Source: Treponemataceae bacterium (GTDB taxonomy: Bacteria; Spirochaetota; Spirochaetia; Treponematales; Rectinemataceae). From it: a DNA stretch of 64,000 bases. How positions within the stretch are numbered: position 1 is the first letter of the stretch; each line of letters opens with the position of its first letter. The position numbers were made by a program, and so were the translations under genes. Where the stretch lies: positions 320,001-384,000 of the forward strand of contig CAXXGJ010000038.1 in NCBI GenBank assembly GCA_963677895.2. Direction: 5' to 3'. A model generated the notes under the pieces. The model did not search any database. It worked only from the letters and a program-made list of their open reading frames with translations, and was not told where the DNA came from. Positions 1 through 9,617 of this stretch are shown here, in pieces.

Positions 1-786
1 TTCTGGCGCGAACGAATCGATGAGGCGGGCCTATTGGAGACGCCGCTTCTGAAAGGCGACCAGATCGTGGCGAGGTGGAAGACCTTCCAGTCTTTTCTCT
101 CTAGGATCACCGGCGATTTCGAGATGGCGAAATACGCTTTCAGACGTATGGCCTTCAGCGTGGCCTTGGATTTTTTCCTGGCCATTCCCGATGAGGAAAA
201 GACGGCCCTCGGTGCCGAATTCGATTTCCGTCTGGGAAGATGCAGGAAAGCGCTGGGCGATTACGAGACGGCTCAACAGCATCTTGAGCGGGCGGTGAAG
301 TGCAGGAAGGATGAAGCGCGCTATCTGGCTGAACTGGCCGACTGCCACGCTCTTTCCGGAGAGCATCGCCAATCCAAGGTTCTTTTTCGGGAGGCTTTTT
401 TTATTGGCCCCGACAAGATAGACCTCGAGTTGCTGGAATCCGATACGATCCACAAACTCGTCGAAATAGCGAAGGGAAAGGGATTTCCGGAAAAGGAAGT
501 TCCTGAATGGATTCCGGTCTATGGCGAACTCACCGGTCTGTTCGGGGTAAAGCGCGAACTGGGCCCTTCGGAAAGCTCGCGGCTCAATTCTTCCATGTTC
601 CAGCTGGAGAACGATCTCCGCGAGAATCCCGCGATGAGCGCCACGCTGAAGCCTCGCCTTCTGAACCGATATTTCTGGATTCTGGATCATTACGAGGCGT
701 CCGGCGCCGAAAAGGCGCGGAGCGAAAAAATATTGCTGAAAATCCGGCTGCTCGATGAGGATATCTTCAAGCAGTATGTATCATAG
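1..786 (+). CDS. TPR-containing hypothetical protein, 5'-truncated by the window edge
   Basis: Frame is open from base 1 (FWRERIDEAG...). TPR-like helices (LGRCRKALGDYETAQQHLERAV; YLAELADCHALSG). Stop at 784-786, just before the greA RBS. Confidence 0.75.
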   Translation, partial: FWRERIDEAGLLETPLLKGDQIVARWKTFQSFLSRITGDFEMAKYAFRRMAFSVALDFFLAIPDEEKTALGAEFDFRLGRCRKALGDYETAQQHLERAVKCRKDEARYLAELADCHALSGEHRQSKVLFREAFFIGPDKIDLELLESDTIHKLVEIAKGKGFPEKEVPEWIPVYGELTGLFGVKRELGPSESSRLNSSMFQLENDLRENPAMSATLKPRLLNRYFWILDHYEASGAEKARSEKILLKIRLLDEDIFKQYVS

Positions 787-799
787 AGAGGAGAACGCT

Positions 800-3484
800 A
801 TGGCAGAAACCCAGCTTGCTGGCAAAGTGCAAGAAATGCTCAACGAAGAGAAATGGACGAGATCGACGCTCCAGAACTATTCCGTCAACAGCCTGAAAGA
901 GCTGGATGCACTTATCGAAGAGGCCGAAGCGAGCTCTGCCGTAGAAGAACTTTTCCAGGTTTGCGACGAACATCTCACGCAGACGAAGAGCAGCGTCATC
1001 GCTCTCTATGTGGCCGGAATCATCGCCCTGCGCAAGCAGCCTTCCGACGAATCCTACCTTTCGCAGCTCATGGATCTTTTCGCTGAAGGCAAACGCACGA
1101 ACATCGTCGAGTTCGTATGCCTGAGGATTCTCGATTACGGCGAGAACAGGATCGCCCTGGCCCGCCTCGCGGAATGCTATGAGAGCGACGAGAAAACCGA
1201 AGAGCGTTATGCGACCTGGGAAAGGCTCATCAAGATAGACTACGAGGAAGCGGACATCGTCAAGATGATCGCCGAGCGCAAAGACAAGCTCGGGCTTCGC
1301 GAAGACGCGATCGACTTCTACAAGAAAGCTCTCCTGCGCTACATCAACAAGGGTCTGCCCACCAACGTGCGCGAGATATGGCTCAAGCTTGTCGATTATT
1401 GTCCCGAGGACATCGATTATTTCTTCCATGTCCAGAAAAAAATCGCCTCTGTGATTTCCCCGGACAAGGCCGCCATGCTGCTCATGGACCTCTACGCGAA
1501 CTACAAGGCTAAAAAGGAATGGAGCACGGCCCTCGATATCCTGAAGCTGGTCATCGATTACGACGAGAAAAATCCCGCCATGCGCAAAGAACTCATCGAG
1601 TGCTATTCGGGCAAGTACGCCGGGCACTCCAGGCTCCAGGATTATCTCAAACTCTCCAATATCAACCAATCATACCGCGCCCTGCATGAAGCGATGGACG
1701 ATTTCGAAAAGCACATCGTATTCGACGTTGGCAACTTCGTCTTTCACAGAACCTGGAACATCGGCCGCATCGCTGTAGTCAAGGGTGACGAGGTCACCAT
1801 CGATTTCGCGAAGTCCAGAGGGCATAAGATGTCCCTGAAGATGGCCATCGACAGCCTCATGCCTCTTTCCAAGGATCATATTTGGGTGCTCAAGGCTATC
1901 TGGCCCAAGGATAAGCTTCGCGAGAAGATTAAGACCGATATCGTCTGGACGCTCAAGAACATCATAAAGAGCTTCGACAACAAGGCAGAACTGAAGCGCG
2001 TAAAGGCCGAACTCGTGCCCGCCGTCCTCACCGCCAGCGAATGGAACAGCTGGAGCGCCAAGGCCAAGGAAATTCTCAAGACCGACGCTTCCTTCGGCAA
2101 CGCCGCCGACGATATCTCGACCTTCATCGTCAGGGACAGGCCTCTATCCTACGAGGAAAAAGTCTACATCCAGTTCAAGGCCGAGAAGAATTACTTCGAC
2201 CGCGTCGTGTATTTCAGGGATTACATCGAGACCAACGATTTTGATTCGGATTATTTCTCTGAGATGCTCACCTATTTCCAGAGCTTCCTCAAATCCTACC
2301 AGTCGGTGGATGAGCACGTCATCGCCTCCTACCTCCTCCTGAAGGAACTCGCGACTAAGTACCCGAGACTCCAGCAGGGCGTTCAGATCAAGTTCGCCGA
2401 TCTTTTCGCCCAGATAGACAATCCCCTGGCCATATACCTGAACCTCAAGGACAGCGATCTCAGGAACGCCTATATCCTGCACATCAAGAACTTCATCCCC
2501 AGCTGGCCGGAAATCTATATCAAGCTGCTGCCCTATGCCCGTTCCATGCGCATGCTCGACGCGCTCAAGACCGCTGGACATTCAGCCAAGCTCAAGAAGA
2601 TGGGCATGGACATCGTCGAGAACTACAAGGACTACCGGGAAGCCTTCATCTGGCTCATCAAGGATCTCCGCGAGGAGCCCTGGTTCGCCGAACTCGGCAT
2701 CGTGTACGAAAAGATACTCCTCACCCTTCTCCATATCCTCGACATCACGTTCAAGGAAATCGACAACCACAAGGACACCTCGGAAAACCGCAAGGTCAAC
2801 AGGCTGGTCCAGAACATCCTCTTCAAGGAAAACGTGCTCGAGAAGTTCCTCCTCGAGACCAACATTGAAACCACGGAGCGCGTCTACGCCCTCCTCATGG
2901 ACATCAAGGAAGTGGATCCCGCGATCAAGCTGAGCATCAAGCACAAGATTTCCGAGAAGTATCCCAACCTCCGCTTCTTCGGCGAAGAGGAAAAGCTCAC
3001 CGTCTCGCGCGGGCTCATCGTCACTTCGGAAAAATATTCGGAAAAGCAGAAGCTCCTTCAGTCGATCATGGAAGTGGACGTGCCGCTGAACCAGAAGGAA
3101 ATCGCCTTCGCCCTGTCCCTGGGAGATCTGCGCGAAAACGCCGAATACAAGGCCTCCAAGGAGAAGCAGGACGAGCTGAACGCCAAGGTCGGCAAGCTCA
3201 AGAATGAGCTGGAAAAAGCCCAGATCTTCGACAAATCCACGATCACGACCACGAAGATTTCCTTCGGGACGAAGGCGACGCTCGCCAACGAACTGACGGG
3301 CGAAAAGGAATACTACACGATCCTCGGCCCCTGGGAATCAGACCCGGCCAAGGACATCATTTCATACCTCTCGCCCCTCGGCAAAAAACTCTTCAACCAT
3401 AAAGTGGGAGAGCGCCTGACCTTCGCGATACACGACAGGAAGTTCCAGTATCTCATCGAGAGCATCGAAGTGGCTGATCTTTGA
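800..3484 (+). CDS. greA: Large spirochaete/chlamydia-type transcription elongation factor GreA (894 aa)
   Basis: C-terminal GreA domain with GDLRENAEY and ISYLSPLG motifs, preceded by a ~740-aa helical N-terminal extension. GAGGAG at 788-793 supports ATG 800. Confidence 0.92.
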   Translation: MAETQLAGKVQEMLNEEKWTRSTLQNYSVNSLKELDALIEEAEASSAVEELFQVCDEHLTQTKSSVIALYVAGIIALRKQPSDESYLSQLMDLFAEGKRTNIVEFVCLRILDYGENRIALARLAECYESDEKTEERYATWERLIKIDYEEADIVKMIAERKDKLGLREDAIDFYKKALLRYINKGLPTNVREIWLKLVDYCPEDIDYFFHVQKKIASVISPDKAAMLLMDLYANYKAKKEWSTALDILKLVIDYDEKNPAMRKELIECYSGKYAGHSRLQDYLKLSNINQSYRALHEAMDDFEKHIVFDVGNFVFHRTWNIGRIAVVKGDEVTIDFAKSRGHKMSLKMAIDSLMPLSKDHIWVLKAIWPKDKLREKIKTDIVWTLKNIIKSFDNKAELKRVKAELVPAVLTASEWNSWSAKAKEILKTDASFGNAADDISTFIVRDRPLSYEEKVYIQFKAEKNYFDRVVYFRDYIETNDFDSDYFSEMLTYFQSFLKSYQSVDEHVIASYLLLKELATKYPRLQQGVQIKFADLFAQIDNPLAIYLNLKDSDLRNAYILHIKNFIPSWPEIYIKLLPYARSMRMLDALKTAGHSAKLKKMGMDIVENYKDYREAFIWLIKDLREEPWFAELGIVYEKILLTLLHILDITFKEIDNHKDTSENRKVNRLVQNILFKENVLEKFLLETNIETTERVYALLMDIKEVDPAIKLSIKHKISEKYPNLRFFGEEEKLTVSRGLIVTSEKYSEKQKLLQSIMEVDVPLNQKEIAFALSLGDLRENAEYKASKEKQDELNAKVGKLKNELEKAQIFDKSTITTTKISFGTKATLANELTGEKEYYTILGPWESDPAKDIISYLSPLGKKLFNHKVGERLTFAIHDRKFQYLIESIEVADL

Positions 3485-3544
3485 TAGCCGCGAAACCGCT
3501 CGAGTTAGCCGAACCGAACCGATAGGCCCGGGAGCCGATTCAAT

Positions 3545-3572
3545 AAAAAAGCCGCTGAAAAGCGGCTTTTTT
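3545..3572. terminator. Bidirectional intrinsic terminator
   Basis: AAAAAAGCCGCT-GAAA-AGCGGCTTTTTT perfect hairpin between convergent greA and NlpC/P60 genes. Confidence 0.9.
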
Positions 3573-4162
3573 CATATTTTGAGCCGGCGGACCCCGTAGA
3601 GCCTTGCGCTCCAGTTGCCCTCATAGAGGCTGGAGATGATGACGCCCGTCCTAGCCCCCTCCGACGCTGAATGGATGAAGGTGCTCGCGCTCAGGGCGAA
3701 GCCCACATGATAGATCGCCTGATCGTAGGCGAACAGAAGGATATCGCCAGGTTCGATCGTCGCGGTTTTCTCGCCTACGGTCGAGTACTCGTCGCTGCGC
3801 CTCGGGAAGGGTCCTAGCTTCGGCACGGCCGCGTAGAGCACCCTGGAGACGAACCCCGAACAGTCGACCCCGGAACGGGAGGAACCGCCAAGCTGGTAGG
3901 GCGTCCCGAGCCAGGCCAGCGCCCCCGCGATGAGGGAAAGCCCATCCACAGCCGCCTCGTCGGGCAGGATAGTCCCCGTCTTGCCTACCTCCTCGCGGGG
4001 CTCGTTGAAATCGAGGCCCCTGACGGGCGGCAGCAGGTTGGAAATATCCACAATGGGAGGAGAAGCCGCCGACGGCAATTCCTGCGCATGTCCGTTGCCG
4101 AAGATGGGCCAGAACGCCAGCAGAAGGACGGCGACGCTCCGCTTAATTCTCATCCTCGACAC
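3572..4162 (-). CDS. NlpC/P60 (C40) cell-wall peptidase with signal peptide
   Basis: LGTPYQLGG, DCSG catalytic Cys, YHVG and FIHS motifs; hydrophobic N-terminus. Start may be ATG 4153. Confidence 0.88.
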   Translation of the reverse strand: MSRMRIKRSVAVLLLAFWPIFGNGHAQELPSAASPPIVDISNLLPPVRGLDFNEPREEVGKTGTILPDEAAVDGLSLIAGALAWLGTPYQLGGSSRSGVDCSGFVSRVLYAAVPKLGPFPRRSDEYSTVGEKTATIEPGDILLFAYDQAIYHVGFALSASTFIHSASEGARTGVIISSLYEGNWSARLYGVRRLKI

Positions 4163-5300
4163 TCTTCTGTCCTGAGTAACGCTTAAGGAATTCGGCGCGG
4201 AAGGCCTCGAACCGATCCTGAAGGATGGCGAGCCTGATGCTGCGCACGAGATCGCCGAGGAAATGGAGATTATGTCTTGTAGCGAGTATTGAATAGAGGA
4301 TTTCCCCGTTCCGGTACAGATGGCGCAGATAGGCCCTCGAATGATTGAGGCAGACCGGGCAGGAGCACTCAGGATCTATGGGGGAGAAGTCGTGCTCATA
4401 GACCGCTTTCTTGATGACGATCTGTCCGGCTGAAGTGAATAAAAGGCCATTGCGCGCGGTTCTGGTGGGGTACACGCAATCGAAGACGTCTATGCCGTTG
4501 CGGACTGCCTCCAGTATGTAATCGGGCGTTCCTATGCCCATCAGGTAACGCGGTTTGTCCGAGGGGAGGAGAGCCGCCGTATGCTCGAGCATTTCATTGA
4601 AGACTTCTTTGGGTTCGCCCACTGAGAGTCCGCCTATGGCGATGCCGGGGAGATCCAGCTCGGCGATCCGCTCGACGCTTTCCTGCCTGAGGGCTTTGTA
4701 GAAATTGCCCTGGACGATGCCGAAGAGCTTCCCCTGGTAGCCATCCTCGTCCCTCGCCTTCTCCCAGGCCGTCTTGGCGCGGCGCGCCCAGGCATGGGTG
4801 AGGTCCATGTCCTTCTGCGCTTTCTTCTCATCCTCGCCCCAGGGCGAGCAGATATCCAGCTGCATCTGTATATCCGAATTGAAAGCCGTCTGGACTTCCA
4901 CCACCTTTTCGGGGCTCAGAAAATGGCTGGAGCCGTCTATGTGCGAGCGGAATTTCACGCCTTCCTCGGTTATCTTCCTGAGCGGAGAGAGCGAAAACAC
5001 CTGGAAGCCGCCCGAGTCGGTGAGGAAGTTGCCCTTCCAGCCCGAAAAACCATGCAGCCCTCCGGCGGCCTTGATGAGTTCGTGGCCGGGCCTGAGATAG
5101 AGGTGATAGGTATTGGCGAGGATTATCTTAAAACCCATGGCCTGCAGGTCTTCCGGCGGAACTGCCTTCACCGTCGCGTTGGTACCCACGGGCATGAAAG
5201 CGGGAGTCTGGACAATCCCATGAGGAAGATGGATCTCACCGGTCCTTGCCCGCGAACCCGAGTCCCTGTGCCCTTCGACGAATATTCGGGAATTGATCAT
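4143..5300 (-). CDS. tgt: tRNA guanine(34) transglycosylase Tgt
   Basis: TPAFMPVGT, NTYHL, DSGGFQ, GGLSVGE, FDCVYPTR motifs and Zn site CSCPVC..H. Confidence 0.97.
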   Translation of the reverse strand: MINSRIFVEGHRDSGSRARTGEIHLPHGIVQTPAFMPVGTNATVKAVPPEDLQAMGFKIILANTYHLYLRPGHELIKAAGGLHGFSGWKGNFLTDSGGFQVFSLSPLRKITEEGVKFRSHIDGSSHFLSPEKVVEVQTAFNSDIQMQLDICSPWGEDEKKAQKDMDLTHAWARRAKTAWEKARDEDGYQGKLFGIVQGNFYKALRQESVERIAELDLPGIAIGGLSVGEPKEVFNEMLEHTAALLPSDKPRYLMGIGTPDYILEAVRNGIDVFDCVYPTRTARNGLLFTSAGQIVIKKAVYEHDFSPIDPECSCPVCLNHSRAYLRHLYRNGEILYSILATRHNLHFLGDLVRSIRLAILQDRFEAFRAEFLKRYSGQKSVEDEN

Positions 5301-5310
5301 TCGCGATCCT

Positions 5311-6402
5311 TTATGTTTTAGCTTTCAGATAGCCCAGCGTCGAGACGACGATGAAGGCGACGGTAACGCTCCAGATGCCGAAACCGGGCGAAACCCAGCC
5401 GGTCTTGGATGAAAGCGCGCCGAGCATCTGAGCGACATAATATACCGTGGCGGTGTTGAGGCTGAAAAGGAGGCTCATCAGCAGCGAGTTCTTCCTGAAA
5501 AGCCCGGCGAAGGCGATGGAAAGCCCATAGACGATAAAAGGCGTGAAGATAAGGGAAAATCGCTTGTGGTATTCGGTTTGCGCCTCAACGGAGGGCAGTC
5601 CGGAATCCCGGAGCACCCTGATGTAAGACGCGAGTTCGGCGGTTTTCATGAGAGGGGGCTTTTCCCTCAATATTCCGAAGGAATCGGGTCCCTCGTTCAG
5701 GTCAGGGCGGGAATAATCAGCCTCGGTCTTTTCCGTCCATCCACCCGATGCCTGCCGGAAAAATATCCTCGCTTCCTGGAATTTCCAGCTCTCCCCCGTC
5801 CAGTCGGCGCGCGGCGACTGAATTCTAGCGAGGAACTCGCCCGAAGCATTCCTCTCGATAATATCTACATCCACGATTCTTTTGGCCGTGGGATCGTAGT
5901 ATCCCACCCTGTAAACGAAGGAGCCTCCATCGGCCATGATCGTGATGTCCGATATCTGGCTGCCCTGCCCCTTTTGCCCTGTCATCGTCCTGAAGAGGCG
6001 GTCGCGCTCCGCCGAGGCCGGAATCGTAACCATGTCGTTCGCGACGAACATGGTTCCCGCCATGATGGCGGAAAAAGCCAGTATGGGAAGGCTCAGGCTC
6101 TGCACGCTGATGCCCGAACCCCAGACGACGAGCAGTTCTCCGTCGGCATGCATCTCGGCGAGGCTCAGGGTGATGCCGAAGAGGTAGGCGATGGGAAGCA
6201 CTTCCGTGACATGGGCGGGAATTCCGGCGGCGAGCCAGACAAGGATGCCGCCAAGGGGAGCGTCCATGGCCAGAAGGCGCCACATGGAGGAGAAGAGATC
6301 GGCGAGCATCATTATCCCGACCAAAAAGGCTTCACCGCCCAAAAAGCGCAGCATGGTCTGCCTGAAGAGAAGTCGCCGCAGGAGTCTGGGACCGGTTCTC
6401 AT
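5311..6402 (-). CDS. lptG: LptF/LptG family permease (LptG-like)
   Basis: Three TM helices, a periplasmic beta domain, then three TM helices; GEL..V..SGIS motif. ATG 6402 overlaps the upstream stop (ATGA). Confidence 0.8.
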   Translation of the reverse strand: MRTGPRLLRRLLFRQTMLRFLGGEAFLVGIMMLADLFSSMWRLLAMDAPLGGILVWLAAGIPAHVTEVLPIAYLFGITLSLAEMHADGELLVVWGSGISVQSLSLPILAFSAIMAGTMFVANDMVTIPASAERDRLFRTMTGQKGQGSQISDITIMADGGSFVYRVGYYDPTAKRIVDVDIIERNASGEFLARIQSPRADWTGESWKFQEARIFFRQASGGWTEKTEADYSRPDLNEGPDSFGILREKPPLMKTAELASYIRVLRDSGLPSVEAQTEYHKRFSLIFTPFIVYGLSIAFAGLFRKNSLLMSLLFSLNTATVYYVAQMLGALSSKTGWVSPGFGIWSVTVAFIVVSTLGYLKAKT

Positions 6403-7718
6403 ATGCTTCGCCTCTGGCCTTTGTGGCGTATCACCCAGGCCAGGATAGCGGCAATCAGGACGAGGGCGTTGGGCGCCCACATGGCGAAGGCCGGCGAAAT
6501 GCGGCTGCGCAGTCCGGCGGTCTGGCCGGCGAAGAGAAGGCCCCAGTAAAGCGTGGACAAAAGCAGCGCCATGCCGAAGCCGGCCGTTCTTCCGGCTCTT
6601 CTCGTCCCCAGTCCAAGGGGAAAGGCCAGGAGCGAAAAGAAAAAAGCCGCCGCTGGAATGGCGAACTTCTTGTTGTATTCGAGTTCATAGATTTGTAGCG
6701 ATCTGTCCGAAGGAGGCGATGTCTGGACCTGACGAAGAACGGTGATGGATCGCTGGAGTCTCTTTTCGTTTTCCGAGGAATCCGGCCGGCTCTCGGGCAG
6801 AGAATCCTTCTGTCGGTAGTCATCCATCATGCGGGCTCTCGCTTCGGCGCTCTGTTTGGCCACATCTCTTTTCCGAGCTTCAAGGGTGCTTTTTTTCTTC
6901 CTCAGATTGACAAGCAGATCCCCGGAACTCATCTCCGAAGGGCTGTTGCCGGAAAAACCGACTATTGGCTCCTTGAGCACGAAACGATAGAACAACGTGT
7001 CGGCCCGGGAAACCGAAAACTTGTTGTCCTCGGCCAGGACGATGGAGTGTTCCAGTACATCGGTCATTTTTATGACCGCGTCGTTTCCGCTCGGATCTAT
7101 GACGATGCTGGCCCTTCCCGCCGCCATGACCTTGTCGGCCGTTTTCCCGCCCGACTCGAAAAGGAGAATATCCCCTATGTCGCCGCTTTTTCCCGCTCCC
7201 GTCACGACCACGGCCTGCGAATAGCGCTTAACCGAAAAAGGCGTCAATTCGATGGAAGCCGAACGCGCGACGAGCTGGCCATAGACCTTGCGAAAAGCCA
7301 CGGCGCTGCGAGGCAGGAAATAATCGTTGGCCGCGAAGGACAGGAGGGAGGCTACGAGGCCCATGACGAGAAAGGGAGCATAGAGCGCGGCCGGCGAAAT
7401 CCCGACAGCGGAAAAAGCGAGTATTTCATTGTCGGTATTCATTCTGGCCGATGTCATGAGGGCGCCGGCCAGGGCGGAGAACGGGGCGGCGATGGCGACG
7501 ACCGAGGGAAGGGAATACAGAAGAAGAAGGAGGGTCTGGTCCAGGGGGGCGCTCTTGGCAAGGATATCCTCGGCCAGGAGAAGTATCTGGTTTATGAAAA
7601 AGACGACAAAGAAGAAAAGAAAGGAAATAGCGAAGGAAAGGCAGAATTCGCGGACGATATAGAAGAGCGCGGTGAAAGGAAATCCGCGCGATATGGCCGC
7701 ATCCGTCCTCCTTGCCAT
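6399..7718 (-). CDS. lptF: LptF/LptG family permease (LptF-like)
   Basis: DNEILAFSAVGIS motif, KKFAIP..LAFPLG and WAPN C-terminal pattern. AGGAGG RBS at 7733-7728. Confidence 0.8.
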   Translation of the reverse strand: MARRTDAAISRGFPFTALFYIVREFCLSFAISFLFFFVVFFINQILLLAEDILAKSAPLDQTLLLLLYSLPSVVAIAAPFSALAGALMTSARMNTDNEILAFSAVGISPAALYAPFLVMGLVASLLSFAANDYFLPRSAVAFRKVYGQLVARSASIELTPFSVKRYSQAVVVTGAGKSGDIGDILLFESGGKTADKVMAAGRASIVIDPSGNDAVIKMTDVLEHSIVLAEDNKFSVSRADTLFYRFVLKEPIVGFSGNSPSEMSSGDLLVNLRKKKSTLEARKRDVAKQSAEARARMMDDYRQKDSLPESRPDSSENEKRLQRSITVLRQVQTSPPSDRSLQIYELEYNKKFAIPAAAFFFSLLAFPLGLGTRRAGRTAGFGMALLLSTLYWGLLFAGQTAGLRSRISPAFAMWAPNALVLIAAILAWVIRHKGQRRSI

Positions 7719-7740
7719 CAACGAAGACCTCCTGGGACTT

Positions 7741-7830
7741 GCCGGTGTAGCGCTTGCCGGCGCGCCGCCTGCTGGCGCGATGCCTGCAGGCGCTACACCT
7801 ACTGGCGTTACGCCTACTGGCGTTACGCTC
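7741..7830. repeat. Six degenerate 15-bp tandem repeats
   Basis: gccggtgtagcgctt/gccggcgcgccgcct/gctggcgcgatgcct/gcaggcgctacacct/actggcgttacgcct/actggcgttacgctc. The last copy contains the dut stop codon. Confidence 0.8.
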
Positions 7831-8263
7831 CGGTCGAGCCGAATCCCCCATCGCCGCGATCGGATTTTCCGATCGCCATTTCAGGCTCGAAGGCAGCCTC
7901 AGTATACCTTGCGATCACAAGCTGCGCTATCCTGTCGCCTGGTTCGATGCGCGCTTCAGCATTGCCCAGATTGACGAGAATCACCTTTATCTCGCCTCGA
8001 TAATCCGAATCGATCGTGCCCGGGCTGTTGAGACAGGTGACGCCCTTCTCCAGCGCCAGCCCGGATCTCGGCCTGACCTGGGCTTCATACCCGGGGGGAA
8101 GCTCCATTCGAAGCCCCGTCGGAACGGCCCGTCTCTCCATGGGCATGAGCCGAATGGTCTCGGGTATGTTCGCATAGAGGTCGGCGCCAGCCGATCCCCT
8201 GGTTTTGTATTCGGGGAGCCGGGCTCCCTCGTCGAGGATTACCGGTACGCGGATCGAATCCAT
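7823..8263 (-). CDS. dut: dUTP diphosphatase
   Basis: AGADL, RPRSGLA, GTIDSDYRGEI, RIAQL and RGDGGFGSTG motifs. Confidence 0.97.
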   Translation of the reverse strand: MDSIRVPVILDEGARLPEYKTRGSAGADLYANIPETIRLMPMERRAVPTGLRMELPPGYEAQVRPRSGLALEKGVTCLNSPGTIDSDYRGEIKVILVNLGNAEARIEPGDRIAQLVIARYTEAAFEPEMAIGKSDRGDGGFGSTGA

Positions 8264-8264
8264 C

Positions 8265-9604
8265 TTATATCTCCTCCAGGCCGAGCGTCCGAGCCGTTCT
8301 GGGCTTTATGCTGCCGTAGGCGTAACGTCCCCTATGGGCCGATGCGAGCCGCCTCAGCAAGGCCGTGACATCGTCCATTTCCACGTTGAGGTACATTCGC
8401 CTCTCTTCCTCCATATCGGGAACCTTTCCCAGCGTCATATACCAGCTGGCCAGCCTTCTGATCCTGGATTCGGGATCCTCGAGGGAAAGGACGAAGCCGC
8501 CGGCCAGCCTCGATGTGGCTTCGGCCAGTTCCTCGTCCGAGAGCGGCGATGAAAGAGGGTATTCGTCTCTTCGTCCACCGCGTTCACGCACTCCACGAAC
8601 TTCTTGTCTCCCGTCACCACTTGGACGGCGATGAGCGCCTCGGTACGGGAAAAAGACAGCGAGGACTGGACCGTATAGGCCAGACCTAGCTTTTCCCTCA
8701 CCTTCTGGAAAAGCCTGGAGGTGGAAGCTTCGCCCAGGATGCCGTTGACGGTGCTCAGGCTGAAGAAATCCTTCATGGCGAGGGGGGCGTCGAGCTGGAT
8801 AGCGTCGAAATAATAGACTTGCGAACTGGGGGCCTTCGTGTAAGCCCTGAAAGTCCTGGCGGCGGGAGTCCCCGGATACGCGAGGGGGAAAACCGCTCGG
8901 CCGGCGCCGTCGGCGCCGGCCGAGGCTCCAGTTGTGGCTCCTCCATCTGCGGTTCCGACCGAGGCACCAGCCGAGGCCGCGGCCTTAGCTATCGCCTCAT
9001 CCATGAATTCCGCGAGTCCGGCCTCGTCAAAATCGCCCGATGCCGCGATTATCGCGTTCGAAACGGTGAACAGGCCGCGGTAGAAGTCGAATAGCCGGTC
9101 GCGGTCTATGGCTTCCACTTCGGCGCAGCTGCCCCCGATGGGCTTGGCGGCGGGATGGTTCGGCCAGAAATGGGCGAGGAAGGCATCGAAGGCGGTCTCC
9201 TCGACATCGTCCTCGATCTGCAGGATTTCCGAAAGGATCACCTGCTTTTCCTTTTCGAACTCCTGCGCGGGAAAGGTGGAGGAAAAAGCCACTTCCGCGA
9301 TGAGTTCCGCGGCAAGGCGCCAGTCCTTGGAGGGAACGCAGCAGTAAACACAGAGGCAGTCGCGCTCGGTGAAGCCGTTGGCGTAGCCGCCGGTGCGTTC
9401 GATGGCCCGCCAGAGCGAGAAAGCGTCGTGCAGTTTCGTGCCCTTGAAGAGCATGTGCTCGACGAAATGAACGAAGCCCCGATTCATCGGGGCTTCATTC
9501 CTGGATCCGTAGGGAAACCAGATTGAGACGGTAAAACTGGGAGAATCCCGCCGGCTTTCGGAGAGCAGAGCCGCTCCTGCCGACAGGATTTTGGGTTGTA
9601 TCAT
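8265..9604 (-). pseudogene. M16 (pitrilysin-family) zinc peptidase with a single frameshift near 8552-8554 (true pseudogene or sequencing error)
   Basis: HFVEH inverted zinc motif and NGFT in the 8435..9652 ORF. The typical C-terminus (SDEELAEATSRLAGGFVLSLE..SRIRRLA) lies in another frame (8265..8591). Adding one T to CTCTTTCA joins the two frames. Confidence 0.8.
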
Positions 9605-9617
9605 AAAAGCGTCAGAT

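Noticed and set aside
7741..7830. Possible mini CRISPR array
   Set aside because: 15-bp contiguous degenerate units without spacers, and no cas genes.
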